Assembly (NCBI GenBank): GCA_021824155.1
Contig: JAKALN010000002.1
Location: 15,775-79,774, forward strand
Direction: 5' to 3'
Length of the DNA: 64,000 nucleotides
Source of the DNA: a bacterium
Lineage (GTDB): Bacteria; Patescibacteriota; Microgenomatia; Levybacterales; UBA12049
Shown: positions 33,198 to 42,947 of the stretch, piece after piece
How the letters are laid out: each line of letters starts with the position of its first letter
Position numbering within the stretch: the first letter of the stretch is position 1
Translations under genes and position numbers: made by a program
The notes under the pieces: generated by a model
What the model saw: only the letters and a program-made list of their open reading frames with translations
What the model was told of the DNA's origin: nothing
Database searches by the model: none

Positions 33198-33237
33198 ATA
33201 TACATACGGATAAATAATTGATTTTTCTAAAAATATT

Positions 33238-33867
33238 ATGCCGGGAGTTTTATACAAAAAAGAAAGAGAAGTTCTGGAGTTTTTAGCCCAATTCCAAAGA
33301 CAATACGGGTATTCTCCAACTTTGGCGGAAATAGCAAAAGCTACGGGACATAAAAGCAACTCAACTGTCCATACGCTAATTCGTTCGCTTGTTGAAAAAG
33401 GATATGTGCAAAAAGTTGACGGAAATACCAGAGTGCTTAAAATAATAGATGAAAAAGTAACAATGTCAATGTTGGGAAGCGAGCCGGCAATTGAACTTCC
33501 CTTAATGGGGTTTATAGCTGCCGGCCGGCCCTTAGAGCCTCACACCGACCCTAATGCTTCCGTTTTCGTAGCAGCTAATATGATTTCGGGGGGAAAAACC
33601 GCGTATGCATTACAGGTAAAGGGTAATTCAATGATTGAGGAAGGAATTTTTGACGGAGACTATGTTGTTATAGAAAGGGTAAATGTTGCCGATAACGGAG
33701 ATATTGTTGTTGCTATTGTGGACGACAATCTGGCGACATTAAAAAAATTCTACAAAGAAGACGGAAGAGTTGTTTTAAGGCCCGCAAATTCGGAAATGGA
33801 CCCTATTTACCCTAATTCTTTGTTAATACAGGGAAAAGTTGTCGGTTTAGTCCGAAGGTTCCAGTAG
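33238..33867 (+). CDS. lexA: LexA repressor (S24 peptidase)
   Basis: The N-terminal winged helix is 'LTKKEREVLEFL...GYSPTLAEIAKATGHKS'. The Ala-Gly cleavage site 'FIAAGRP' is present. The S24 Ser 'VKGNSMIEEGI' and Lys 'ATLKKF' are present. Confidence 0.92.
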   Translation: MPGVLYKKEREVLEFLAQFQRQYGYSPTLAEIAKATGHKSNSTVHTLIRSLVEKGYVQKVDGNTRVLKIIDEKVTMSMLGSEPAIELPLMGFIAAGRPLEPHTDPNASVFVAANMISGGKTAYALQVKGNSMIEEGIFDGDYVVIERVNVADNGDIVVAIVDDNLATLKKFYKEDGRVVLRPANSEMDPIYPNSLLIQGKVVGLVRRFQ

Positions 33868-33868
33868 T

Positions 33869-34495
33869 TTATTTCCTTTTGAATCTAATAATCTTAAGCT
33901 TATAATTTATATAAAAGAGAAGTCCTAGAATCAATAAAACCGCTATTACAACTTCAAACTTCCTAAAGTATCCTCCCAAAACATCCCATCTGCTGCCAAG
34001 ATAAAACCCGATTGAAGAAACTACAGTTACGTAAACCAGTGCTCCCAAGAGGTTTGCCATTAAGAATTTAATGAATTTGATTTGGGTTATTCCTGCCGCT
34101 ACGGAAACAAATGATTTAACTCCGGGAGTCATTTTTCCAACAAAAACAAACGGCGCACCGTATTTTTTAACCCATCCGGTAGCTTTTGTATAATCATGCT
34201 CCGTAAGAAGAATAAGCTTCCCGTATTTTTTTATAAGGTTTAAAAGAAGCGTCTCTTCAAGAAAGTAACCGACAGAATATCCGATTATTGAACCAACCGA
34301 ATCGCCTAATATGCCTATAATTATTACAAGGGTTAATGACAGAAACCCCTGGCTTGATAAAAAGCCCGCAAAAGGAAGTGTAACTTCGGAGGGAAACGGT
34401 ATAGCAGCGGCGTTTAAAACCATAAGGAAGAAAACACCGAAATAGCCTGAAGATTGGATTAGATGTATAATAAGACCGGTTAATTGTCCTAACAT
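33869..34495 (-). CDS. DedA/SNARE-associated family membrane protein
   Basis: It is polytopic. 'FAGFLSSQGFLSL...LGDSVGSIIGYSVGYF' and 'GALVYVTVVSSIGFYLG' match DedA motifs. Confidence 0.8.
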   Translation of the reverse strand: MLGQLTGLIIHLIQSSGYFGVFFLMVLNAAAIPFPSEVTLPFAGFLSSQGFLSLTLVIIIGILGDSVGSIIGYSVGYFLEETLLLNLIKKYGKLILLTEHDYTKATGWVKKYGAPFVFVGKMTPGVKSFVSVAAGITQIKFIKFLMANLLGALVYVTVVSSIGFYLGSRWDVLGGYFRKFEVVIAVLLILGLLFYINYKLKIIRFKRK

Positions 34496-34504
34496 AATAA
34501 GCTT

Positions 34505-35209
34505 ATGGGCACTTTGTATATTGTAGCAACACCAATCGGAAATTTACAAGATATATCTTTACGGGCAATAGACACGCTTTGCTTAGTTGATTTTATTCTA
34601 TGTGAGGATACAAGAAAAACATCTGTTCTTATTAAACATATTCAAAAGCAATTTCCAAATGTAAAAATAAAAGCAAGGCTAATATCTTTTTACGAAGAAA
34701 ATGAAATGCAGAGACTTCCGGAAATATTACAGATGTTAAATAAAGATTTTAATTTTGCTTTAGTATCGGATGCCGGTACTCCTACAATTTCCGATCCGGG
34801 GTTCAAGCTGGTGAGGGACAGTATGCTTCTGGGAATAAAAATAGTTTCAATTCCGGGAGCATCTTCAGTTATATCTGCCCTTGTGAGTTCCGGGTTGCCT
34901 ACCGATAAGTTTATGTTTCTTGGATTTCTACCAAAAAAATCCGGACACAGAAAGGATTTATTGGAAAATGTTAAAAAGACCTTGCAAATTGTTAAACAAA
35001 CAGTAATTTTTTTTGAGTCTCCGTTTAGGCTTGTTGAAACCTTGAAAGAATTAACTGATATTTTCGGAGACATTGATGTTGTTACCGCCAGAGAGTTAAC
35101 CAAGCTTTATGAGGAAGTAAGAAAAGAAAAGTTGTCGGAAAGTATAAAACATTACGAAAAAACAAATCCAAAAGGAGAGTTTGTTGTTCTTTTTAACCCA
35201 GAGATTTGA
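34505..35209 (+). CDS. rsmI: 16S rRNA (cytidine1402-2'-O)-methyltransferase RsmI
   Basis: 'GTLYIVATPIGNLQDISLRAIDTLCLVDFILCEDTR' is the RsmI tetrapyrrole-methylase-fold N-terminus. Confidence 0.9.
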   Translation: MGTLYIVATPIGNLQDISLRAIDTLCLVDFILCEDTRKTSVLIKHIQKQFPNVKIKARLISFYEENEMQRLPEILQMLNKDFNFALVSDAGTPTISDPGFKLVRDSMLLGIKIVSIPGASSVISALVSSGLPTDKFMFLGFLPKKSGHRKDLLENVKKTLQIVKQTVIFFESPFRLVETLKELTDIFGDIDVVTARELTKLYEEVRKEKLSESIKHYEKTNPKGEFVVLFNPEI

Positions 35210-36455
35210 TTTCTCTTTCTATTTCCAGAAGCCTGTTATATTTTGCAACTCTTTCCCCTCTAACAGGCGAACCGAATTTTATGTAATCGGCAGATACCGC
35301 TACGGCAAAATCCGCAATAAAATCATCATTGGTTTCTCCGCTCCTATGGGAAACTATAATTTTAAGCCCGGATTGTCTGGCTATTTCTACAACAGCCAAT
35401 GATTCTATAACGGTTCCAATTTGGTTAGGCTTAATTATTATTCCGGTAATTGCTTTTTTATCCAAAGCCATTTGGAGCCTGTAGGGATTTGTTGCGGTTA
35501 AATCATCTCCGACAACCAAAGTTTGCTGGGAAAGGGCAGTATAAATATTTGACCAGCCGTTCCAATCGTCTTCTGCAAGAGGATCTTCCAGGTAAAGAAG
35601 ATGGAATTCCTTATTAATCTCCTCATAAAAAGATATCATGTCACTGCTTGAAAGGGGCATTGTCCTGTCTTTTATACGGTATCTGCCGTCGTTGAAAAAA
35701 CCTGTTGCTGCGGCATCAAGGCCTAAGAAAACATCAAAACCGAATCGGAAAGATGTTGTTTCGATAGACTGTTTTAAAAGATTTAAACCGTCTTTGTTAT
35801 TTGCAAGTTTTGGGGCAAATCCGCCCTCGTCTCCTATTAAAGTAGTAAAGTTATTTTGTTCCAGCGTTTTTTTTAAAGACCCGTATAATACTAAAGCCAT
35901 ATTTAAAGATTCGCTGTATGTTTTGGAAGAGGCGGGAATTATCATAAACTCCTGAAAATTTACATTTTCCCCGGCGTGTTTTCCGCCGTTTAATATATTA
36001 AAAGCAGGAGTGGGAATCTTCATGGGAACGTTCTCTTTCTTTATGAATTCCCTAAGATACAGAAATGTGGGAAGAAGAGAGCTTTTCGCGGCTGCTTTTG
36101 CCGTTGCCATGGAAACTGCCAGTATTGCGTTTGCACCCAGCCTTCCTTTATTTTGGGTGCCGTCCATCTCAATCATTTTTTTATCTATTTCCGGCTGTTT
36201 TGTTGCTTCCATTCCCAAAAGCGCGGGAGCGATAGTATCCTGAATGTTGGATACAGCCTTTAAGACTCCATATCCCTGAAAGTGCTTTTCGTCGTGGTCT
36301 CTTATTTCACTTGCTTCATAATTTCCGATAGAAGTTCCGCTGGGAGTTGAGGCTGTTCCGGATTTTCCGTCGCTTAGAGTAACTGTTGCCTCTACTGCCG
36401 GCATTCCTTTTGCATTAAGTATTTCTCTTGCAGTTATTTGCTTTATCTTAGCCAT
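35193..36455 (-). CDS. eno: Enolase
   Basis: 'SHRSGETNDDFIADFAVA' and 'IKPNQIGTV' are enolase signatures. It is 420 aa. Confidence 0.92.
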   Translation of the reverse strand: MAKIKQITAREILNAKGMPAVEATVTLSDGKSGTASTPSGTSIGNYEASEIRDHDEKHFQGYGVLKAVSNIQDTIAPALLGMEATKQPEIDKKMIEMDGTQNKGRLGANAILAVSMATAKAAAKSSLLPTFLYLREFIKKENVPMKIPTPAFNILNGGKHAGENVNFQEFMIIPASSKTYSESLNMALVLYGSLKKTLEQNNFTTLIGDEGGFAPKLANNKDGLNLLKQSIETTSFRFGFDVFLGLDAAATGFFNDGRYRIKDRTMPLSSSDMISFYEEINKEFHLLYLEDPLAEDDWNGWSNIYTALSQQTLVVGDDLTATNPYRLQMALDKKAITGIIIKPNQIGTVIESLAVVEIARQSGLKIIVSHRSGETNDDFIADFAVAVSADYIKFGSPVRGERVAKYNRLLEIEREIKSLG

Positions 36456-36456
36456 A

Positions 36457-38730
36457 TTAACTTAGTATTTTTTTCTCTGCAGCGGCAATAATTTTTCTGG
36501 TATTATCAACGGCATCCGGAGAAATGGAAACACTCGTTGCACCCCATTTGACCAAATTTTCAATTAGGGAGGGATAGGTTGAAGCAGCCTGTCCGCAAAT
36601 GGATGCTGTTATTCCATGTTTGTGGGCAGTTTTTATAACATGTTCAAATGCCCACATTACGGAAGGATTGAGTTCGTTAAATTCCGGAGCGACTTCGTCG
36701 TTATCCCTGTCGGTCCCAAGAAGAAGCATTGTTAAATCATTTGAGCCTATGGAAATTCCGTCGATACCCACATTTATAAAATCGTCCAATAGAATAACGT
36801 TAGAAGGAATTTCCACCATCATCCATACTTTAAAAGTAGGGGAGCGCACAAGTCCTGAAATATTTATTATTTTTTTTACCTCTTCGAGTTCTTTTACGGT
36901 GCGGACAAAAGGAAGCATTACCCATAAGTTTTTAAACCCTTTTTTGTTTCTTACTAATTTAATAGCTTCAAGTTCGAGCTCAAAAACTTCAGAGTCGTGG
37001 ATATAGCGGTAAACACCTCTATAGCCAAGCATAGGATTTGGTTCTTCCGGCTCAAACGCACTGCCTCCTATAAGGGCCCTGTATTCGTTTGTTTTAAAAT
37101 CGGAGGTTCTGTAAACCACAGGTCTCGGACTGAACGGTTTGCAAAACATTTCAATATCGTTTGCAAGTTTTTCTATAAAGACATGCTTTTTGCCTTCCCT
37201 TATAAGTTTTTTGGGGTGGACTCCAATTCCCGCCATCATAAATTCCGCCCTTAGAAGGCCTACTCCGTCCACGTTTTCTTTTGAGATTTTTTCCGCTAAT
37301 TCGGGTTCCGCCAGGTTAACATAGACTTTTGTAGCTGTTTTTATAAAATCTTCCGGATTAATAACGTTGGTATTTATATTTGAAGTTAAATGGCCCCCCT
37401 TATATATTTCTCCCTTAGTTCCGTTTACGGTAACAACTTCACCTGTTTTTAGCACTTTTGTAGCCCTTTCCGTTCCGACTACGGCAGGAATTCCGAGTTC
37501 CCTGGAAACTATAGCTGCATGGGATGTTCTTCCGCCGCTGTTTGTTACTATTGCAACCGCTTTTTTCATAGCCGGAACATAATCCGGATTAGTTTGGGGT
37601 GCGACAAGGACTTCTCCGGGTAGTACTTTTCCTATTTCTTTTGCGCTTTCTATTACTCTAACAGGACCGGCTGCTATTCCGGGACTTGCGGGGTCGCCTT
37701 TTAATATAGGGGTTCTTAATGTGTTTTCAATTTCAAGAGTATCCTTTTTTGACTGTTTTTTCTCGTTAGTAGTGGTAACGGCTCTGGTCTGGACAAGATA
37801 TACCTTGTCTTTCTCTATTGCCCATTCACTGTCTTGGGGAAAATAATAATGTTTTTCCAGCTTTAACCCTAGGCGTGCCAAAGCAACAATTTCTTTGTCG
37901 GAAATTTTCTGTTTTTTACCCTGAGACTGCGACAATTTAACTTCTTTATTTTTTGCTCCGACCTTTTTAAGCATCTTTTTCTGCAAAGCGGTGCTTTTTA
38001 CCGTAATCGATAGATCATTTTTTAATACTTCATAATGGTCCGGGTTTTCAATTCCTCCGACAATAAGCTCCCCCAGGCCGAAAATTGCTTCTATTATAAT
38101 TTTAGATTTGTCATTTGTTACCGGGTCTATCGTAAACATTATTCCCGATTTTTCCGATTCGACCATTTTTTGCACAACCAATGCTATGCCTACCCTTAAA
38201 TGGTCGTAATGCTGCTGGTGTCTGTAGAAAAGCGCTCTCGCATCAAAAAGAGAAGCATATCCTTCTTTTATTTTTTCCAAAAGTACCGCTTCCCCTTTTA
38301 CGTTAAGGTATGTTTCCTGCTGTCCGGCAAAAGAGGCGTTAGCCAAATCTTCTGCTGTTGCCGAAGACCTTACCGCTACCAAGGCATCCTCAAAAGCATT
38401 ACCTAGCTTACTGTAGGCCCCGAAGACTTCGCTTACTATTTCATCTGATAATTTACCCTCCAATATAGTTTTTTTTATGTGCTGCGAAACCTGCGTAAGC
38501 GAATCAGGCCTTTCAAAGTTGGCAGTTTCAAGAAGGTGTTTAATCTTAACGGCTAAGTTATTATCTTTTATAAATTTGTAGTAAGCATTCGAAGTTACTA
38601 TGAAACCGTTGGGGACAGGGAAACCGGCTTGGGTAATTTCACCTAAATTTGCGCCTTTTCCGCCTACCAGTGCAACGTCTTCTTTATCAACCTCGTTAAA
38701 CCACGCTACAAACTTAGATTTGGCAGTCAT
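36457..38730 (-). CDS. ppsA: Phosphoenolpyruvate synthase (PEP-utilising enzyme family)
   Basis: The N-terminal PPDK_N domain has 'VGGKGANLGEI'. The mobile His domain is 'GGRTSHAAIVSRELGIPAVVG'. A C-terminal PEP-utilisers TIM barrel with 'GIDGISIGSNDLT' follows. Confidence 0.85.
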   Translation of the reverse strand: MTAKSKFVAWFNEVDKEDVALVGGKGANLGEITQAGFPVPNGFIVTSNAYYKFIKDNNLAVKIKHLLETANFERPDSLTQVSQHIKKTILEGKLSDEIVSEVFGAYSKLGNAFEDALVAVRSSATAEDLANASFAGQQETYLNVKGEAVLLEKIKEGYASLFDARALFYRHQQHYDHLRVGIALVVQKMVESEKSGIMFTIDPVTNDKSKIIIEAIFGLGELIVGGIENPDHYEVLKNDLSITVKSTALQKKMLKKVGAKNKEVKLSQSQGKKQKISDKEIVALARLGLKLEKHYYFPQDSEWAIEKDKVYLVQTRAVTTTNEKKQSKKDTLEIENTLRTPILKGDPASPGIAAGPVRVIESAKEIGKVLPGEVLVAPQTNPDYVPAMKKAVAIVTNSGGRTSHAAIVSRELGIPAVVGTERATKVLKTGEVVTVNGTKGEIYKGGHLTSNINTNVINPEDFIKTATKVYVNLAEPELAEKISKENVDGVGLLRAEFMMAGIGVHPKKLIREGKKHVFIEKLANDIEMFCKPFSPRPVVYRTSDFKTNEYRALIGGSAFEPEEPNPMLGYRGVYRYIHDSEVFELELEAIKLVRNKKGFKNLWVMLPFVRTVKELEEVKKIINISGLVRSPTFKVWMMVEIPSNVILLDDFINVGIDGISIGSNDLTMLLLGTDRDNDEVAPEFNELNPSVMWAFEHVIKTAHKHGITASICGQAASTYPSLIENLVKWGATSVSISPDAVDNTRKIIAAAEKKILS

Positions 38731-38774
38731 AATATTATTATTGAGATATTTCAGCCTTTTTGCAAGGGGACCGC

Positions 38775-39809
38775 TTATTTTTTAAGCTGTTCTTTAAAAT
38801 AATCTACCCATGGAATAAGGCTGGGGTTTTCTTCATAGAGCAATGAAAGATATAAAGATAAAAATGCTCCGAAAGATAACACATTAAGTACCTGGCCGAT
38901 TTTTGAATCTCCTTTTGCATTAAACTCAAGGATATTTAATCCGTTTTTTTGAATTACGTCTTTTGTAAGAATAGCTCGCTTTTTAATTTTGTCGGAATAC
39001 AGGCCGGAATTTAAAAATAAAGCTACAATGTCTTTAGTCGGATACTTAAGGCCTTCCATTAAATGATGGTTTAATTCGGGTAAAACCGCAAAATCAGAGA
39101 AACTTTTTGCAGTTTCATTTAATTGGTTTCTTGCAATATGAGCATTTCCTTCCAAAAACTCCGCGGCTATAAGAAGCGGAATTTTGTTTTGGAGTAAAGG
39201 GGCAAGTTTTTTTGCTTCATCTTTTACGTTTTCGATGCCCGTTTTTAAAAGATTTATTGCATCCAAAACTTCAGTTTCTTCCAACTTTATAAGTCCCATT
39301 TCGTTAAATACCGCAAGGGTTCCGAAAACAATATAACCGGTTCCAAGCCTCGGTTGCCCGGAAGGATTAAATTTTGCAAGGAATGTATAGTTCGGATAAT
39401 TGCCGTTTCTTAAAAATTCTCCCAGGTTTCCTCCGCTTGTCAGCCCCGCAATAGCGCAGTTTTTCTGGATAGCTTCTCTTGAGCAGGAAAGTGTTTCTTC
39501 GGTTGTCCCCGAATAGCTCGTTAAAAATACCAGGGTAGAAGAATCCGCAAATGCCGGTAAATGATAATCGTTTACAACAAAAACGGGTGCTTTTAATGAA
39601 TCCTGGAAAAGGGATTTTAATACATGCCCTCCGTAAGAAGAACCGCCCATTCCGCAAATAACAATATTTTTCGGTTCAACTTTAGGCAGATTGAGTTTTT
39701 TTATATCTTCCCAAACCTGTTCACACTGCTGGGCAAGCATTTCGGTTGAGCCATAAACATTTTTAGGGTCCAGTTTTTTTATTTCATCCAGGTTATTTAA
39801 GTCTGTCAT
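38775..39809 (-). CDS. Bifunctional phosphoglucose/phosphomannose isomerase-type SIS-domain protein
   Basis: It has two SIS-like halves with 'ICGMGGSSYGG' and 'FLTSYSGTTEETL'. Its 344 aa length is typical of the archaeal-type PGI/PMI family. Confidence 0.6.
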   Translation of the reverse strand: MTDLNNLDEIKKLDPKNVYGSTEMLAQQCEQVWEDIKKLNLPKVEPKNIVICGMGGSSYGGHVLKSLFQDSLKAPVFVVNDYHLPAFADSSTLVFLTSYSGTTEETLSCSREAIQKNCAIAGLTSGGNLGEFLRNGNYPNYTFLAKFNPSGQPRLGTGYIVFGTLAVFNEMGLIKLEETEVLDAINLLKTGIENVKDEAKKLAPLLQNKIPLLIAAEFLEGNAHIARNQLNETAKSFSDFAVLPELNHHLMEGLKYPTKDIVALFLNSGLYSDKIKKRAILTKDVIQKNGLNILEFNAKGDSKIGQVLNVLSFGAFLSLYLSLLYEENPSLIPWVDYFKEQLKK

Positions 39810-41185
39810 TTTTTTAAAGCCTCAATTTTATCTATAAGCTCTTCTTTACGGCCTTCCATTTCTTCTTTATTGTAACCCTCCACGTTTAACCGTAAAAGTG
39901 GTTCTGTATTTGATGTCCTTACGCTGAATCTCCAGGTAGGGTAGGAAATTGCTATGCCGTCTAACTCCGATAATTCCCCGTCTTTATAGTCGTTTTTAAT
40001 AGATTCTATAATTTCCGGCGCGTTTGTTACTTTATAATTAATTTCCCCCGATTCAAAACTTTTTTGAAGCTCTTTTACTATTTCGGAAAAGGCTTTGTTT
40101 TCTTCTGTAAGAACTTTAAGTACGGCTAGTATTATTGCAACCGAGCTTTCGGCATTTCCGGTTGACTGAAGATAATAATGTCCGGATGATTCGCCTGCAA
40201 AAATTCCGCCGGTTTTTTCGAGTTCCTCTGTAATAAAAGCATGCCCCACTTTTGTTATAACCGGTACTCCTCCTAATTCTTCAACAATTTTTTTTGGGGT
40301 CAGAATATACCGAATGTCAAAAAGTATTTTGCTTCCTTTGTATTCTTTTAATAATTCTCTTGCGACAAGGGATGTAATTATGGTGGGAGGAACCACTTGG
40401 CCTTTTTCGTCTATGAAAAATATTCTGTCTCCGTCTCCATCGGGGGCAAGGCCCAAATCGGCTTTTTCCTCAATTACTCTTTTTTGCAAATCAACAAGGT
40501 TTTCTGCTTCCAAGGGATTTGGCGCATGGACAGGAAACGTACCGTCCAGCTCAAAATTCATTCTTATAAGTTCAGCAGGATATTTTTTAAATAAAGCATC
40601 TATAAAAGTTCCTCCCATTGCATTTGCAGGGTCTGCCACTATCTTGAACCTTTTTATATCCGGGCTGCCCAATACTTTTGAGGCGTTTTCCACCTCGTCT
40701 TCCATAATATTGTCTTTTACCGTTATTGTCCCCTTTTTATCAGCGGGAAGATCTATTCCTGAAACCGCATAATTTTTGACGTCTTCCATTCCCGTTGCTT
40801 TGCCTATTTTGATTAAGCCTTTGGGTCCGTATAAAACAAATTTGGCTCCGTTATATTCCTTGGGATTGTGAGATGCGGTTATTTGAATTCCGGCGTCGTA
40901 TTTGTAATTATAAATTGCAAAATAAAAAGTAGGTGTGGAAAGCATTCCCATATCTATTACGTTTGCTCCCAAGGAAACTAGCGTTTCCATGGCTATCTTA
41001 TAAAAGATAGGGGAAGATATTCTCATGTCTCTTGCCAGTCCAACCGTGAACCCCGGTTTCTCAATTTTAGTAGTAAAAAATTTGTAAATGGCTTTGATAA
41101 TTTCTGCTATATTTTCTTCGTTAATTTGTTGGGGATAGATTCCTCTGATATCGTATGATTTGAAAATTGAAGGGTCGATGTTCAT
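39806..41185 (-). CDS. Alpha-D-phosphohexomutase (phosphoglucomutase/phosphomannomutase or GlmM-like)
   Basis: It has the active-site Ser loop 'TASHNPKEYNGAKF' and the metal-binding loop 'APDGDGDR'. It overlaps the downstream gene by 4 nt. Confidence 0.85.
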   Translation of the reverse strand: MNIDPSIFKSYDIRGIYPQQINEENIAEIIKAIYKFFTTKIEKPGFTVGLARDMRISSPIFYKIAMETLVSLGANVIDMGMLSTPTFYFAIYNYKYDAGIQITASHNPKEYNGAKFVLYGPKGLIKIGKATGMEDVKNYAVSGIDLPADKKGTITVKDNIMEDEVENASKVLGSPDIKRFKIVADPANAMGGTFIDALFKKYPAELIRMNFELDGTFPVHAPNPLEAENLVDLQKRVIEEKADLGLAPDGDGDRIFFIDEKGQVVPPTIITSLVARELLKEYKGSKILFDIRYILTPKKIVEELGGVPVITKVGHAFITEELEKTGGIFAGESSGHYYLQSTGNAESSVAIILAVLKVLTEENKAFSEIVKELQKSFESGEINYKVTNAPEIIESIKNDYKDGELSELDGIAISYPTWRFSVRTSNTEPLLRLNVEGYNKEEMEGRKEELIDKIEALKK

Positions 41186-41194
41186 TCCTTAATC

Positions 41195-41884
41195 TTATAA
41201 ACCGAGGAGAAAAAAGTCAATGGCCTGGGGAAGCGATAGCGCAAGTTTTCCCGATTTTTGCCCGGAGTCAATCTCATAAAGCTTTTTATAGCTCTCTTTT
41301 AATTTACTATATCCAAAAACAGATGCCTGGCTTTTTAATTTGCCGGTTTGCCATGGAGCCATGCGTTTTACTTCGTCAATGTTTTGAGGTGAATTTAGAT
41401 CGGATATTGCCAGAAGAAGCCTGAATTGTCTTATTATCATATAGAAAATAAGCTCCGCTTCCATTTCATTTAGAAGATTATGGAATAATTTTATTGAGTT
41501 TTGGTTTGAAGGTTTAATACTATCAAGAAATGTAAATAAATTTTGAGGAACTTTGAATAGCTTTAAAACAGGGTTTTTAAAAGTATTTATGTTTGATTTT
41601 GAAACCTCTCCGTTCTCCCAGAAAAATATTTTTGCGTCCTTGCTATTTTCAAGGTATTCAATAATTTTTTTAAAATCCGGGTTTGCCTTTTTGGCAAAAA
41701 ATAAATTTTCAATAAAAATTTCTTTTTCTTCGTTAAATAGAGAACCGCCTTCGAGGCTTTGCATTAAATCGGAAAGGCTAAGTTTGCTTCCTTCAAAGAC
41801 AACAGGGTTTGCGGATTTTTGTCTTTCGTTAAGATAATAATTTCTGGATGCCGTCAAATCGTCTCCATGAATTAGAGTAATCAT
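41195..41884 (-). CDS. holA: DNA polymerase III delta subunit-like protein (short form)
   Basis: The N-terminus 'MITLIHGDD...' follows the HolA pattern. Its leucine-rich helical C-terminus is typical of clamp-loader delta subunits. It is 229 aa. Confidence 0.5.
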   Translation of the reverse strand: MITLIHGDDLTASRNYYLNERQKSANPVVFEGSKLSLSDLMQSLEGGSLFNEEKEIFIENLFFAKKANPDFKKIIEYLENSKDAKIFFWENGEVSKSNINTFKNPVLKLFKVPQNLFTFLDSIKPSNQNSIKLFHNLLNEMEAELIFYMIIRQFRLLLAISDLNSPQNIDEVKRMAPWQTGKLKSQASVFGYSKLKESYKKLYEIDSGQKSGKLALSLPQAIDFFLLGL

Positions 41885-41886
41885 AG

Positions 41887-42291
41887 CTATTTTTGGGTTA
41901 TATTTTTATATTCCCTAAATAATTTTATCACTTCGTTTTCGAGTTTTCTGTTTCTCCCCCGGTGGGGAAGAAGTGCACCGGAAAAATTCTTGGGTATATG
42001 TAATAGCTCATGTATCAGCACTTGTTTTTTCCTGTCCTCGTCCAAATTATCATAATATTTTGATAGGACTTCAATTACATATGAAGGTTCCAGGTTAAGT
42101 GCCGACTGAAAAATTTTGGGGAACGTCCAAATTCTGGCATAGGAGCGCGATTTAGAACCATAGGTTCTGTAACAAAAAATTCTTTTTGGGTCTATATAAT
42201 CTAACCCTAGGATTTTTATTATTTGTACTATTTCTTTTTTAACTTCCTGAGCTTTTTCCCATTCCAGTTTTTGAGTTTTTGAATTCGCCAT
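41887..42291 (-). CDS. SprT/YgjP-like HExxH metal-dependent hydrolase-like protein
   Basis: 'VLIHELLHIPKNFSGALLPH' contains HELLH plus a downstream His, as in the DUF45/SprT pattern. Confidence 0.4.
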   Translation of the reverse strand: MANSKTQKLEWEKAQEVKKEIVQIIKILGLDYIDPKRIFCYRTYGSKSRSYARIWTFPKIFQSALNLEPSYVIEVLSKYYDNLDEDRKKQVLIHELLHIPKNFSGALLPHRGRNRKLENEVIKLFREYKNITQK

Positions 42292-42339
42292 CTTATTGGT
42301 TGTTTGAAATTTGAAATTTGCAGTATTTGTAGTATTTTA

Positions 42340-42870
42340 TCATGTGTGTTTATCGGCAACGTAAGAAGCCCCGTAGGCATCAGGTTTTGTTTTTGCGACA
42401 AAACCGTTTCCCGTTACCATTCCGACAACTTCTTTTATCATATCTCTGGTATCCCCATGTTCGCCTACGTCTACATGAATTTCCAGGTTATAATTAGGAG
42501 AGTGTCCGTTTAGGCCTTTCCTTAGAAGAGGGACAAAAGATGTTGCAAAGTTAAGCGAAGTTAATGTTTCCGCGTAAATTTTGTCACGTAACGTATGGAT
42601 ATTATCTATGTCCTTTCTTATCCAAAAATATTTGCCTCCAAAACCTTTCCTGTGAATAAGTATTGCTGTTACAACGTTTATTGTTTTTCCGTCGGACTTG
42701 ACCCTCTTTATGCCGTTTTTTTCATGCGAATCGGTGCCTATTACAAGACTGTACTGCGCATTCGGATCTTCTTCCAGAAATTGTTTTATAAGAATAATTA
42801 TTTCTTCAATTTTAAGGGTTCCGTGCGTTATGCTCTGAAAAGATTGCTTATTAAGTTCGATACTTTCCAT
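42340..42870 (-). CDS. Hypothetical protein, possibly a YkuK/DUF458 RNase-H-like fold
   Basis: It is 176 aa. It has an 'LVIGTDSHEKNG' acidic motif and 'VDVGEHGDTRD'. The assignment is from memory of family patterns only. Confidence 0.25.
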   Translation of the reverse strand: MESIELNKQSFQSITHGTLKIEEIIILIKQFLEEDPNAQYSLVIGTDSHEKNGIKRVKSDGKTINVVTAILIHRKGFGGKYFWIRKDIDNIHTLRDKIYAETLTSLNFATSFVPLLRKGLNGHSPNYNLEIHVDVGEHGDTRDMIKEVVGMVTGNGFVAKTKPDAYGASYVADKHT

Positions 42871-42947
42871 ACATGTTTAAGCCTATACGGTGAAGTCCCA
42901 TGCTTTTTTGCCGGAAAAGGAGACAGGGTGAAATTATACCACAAAAA

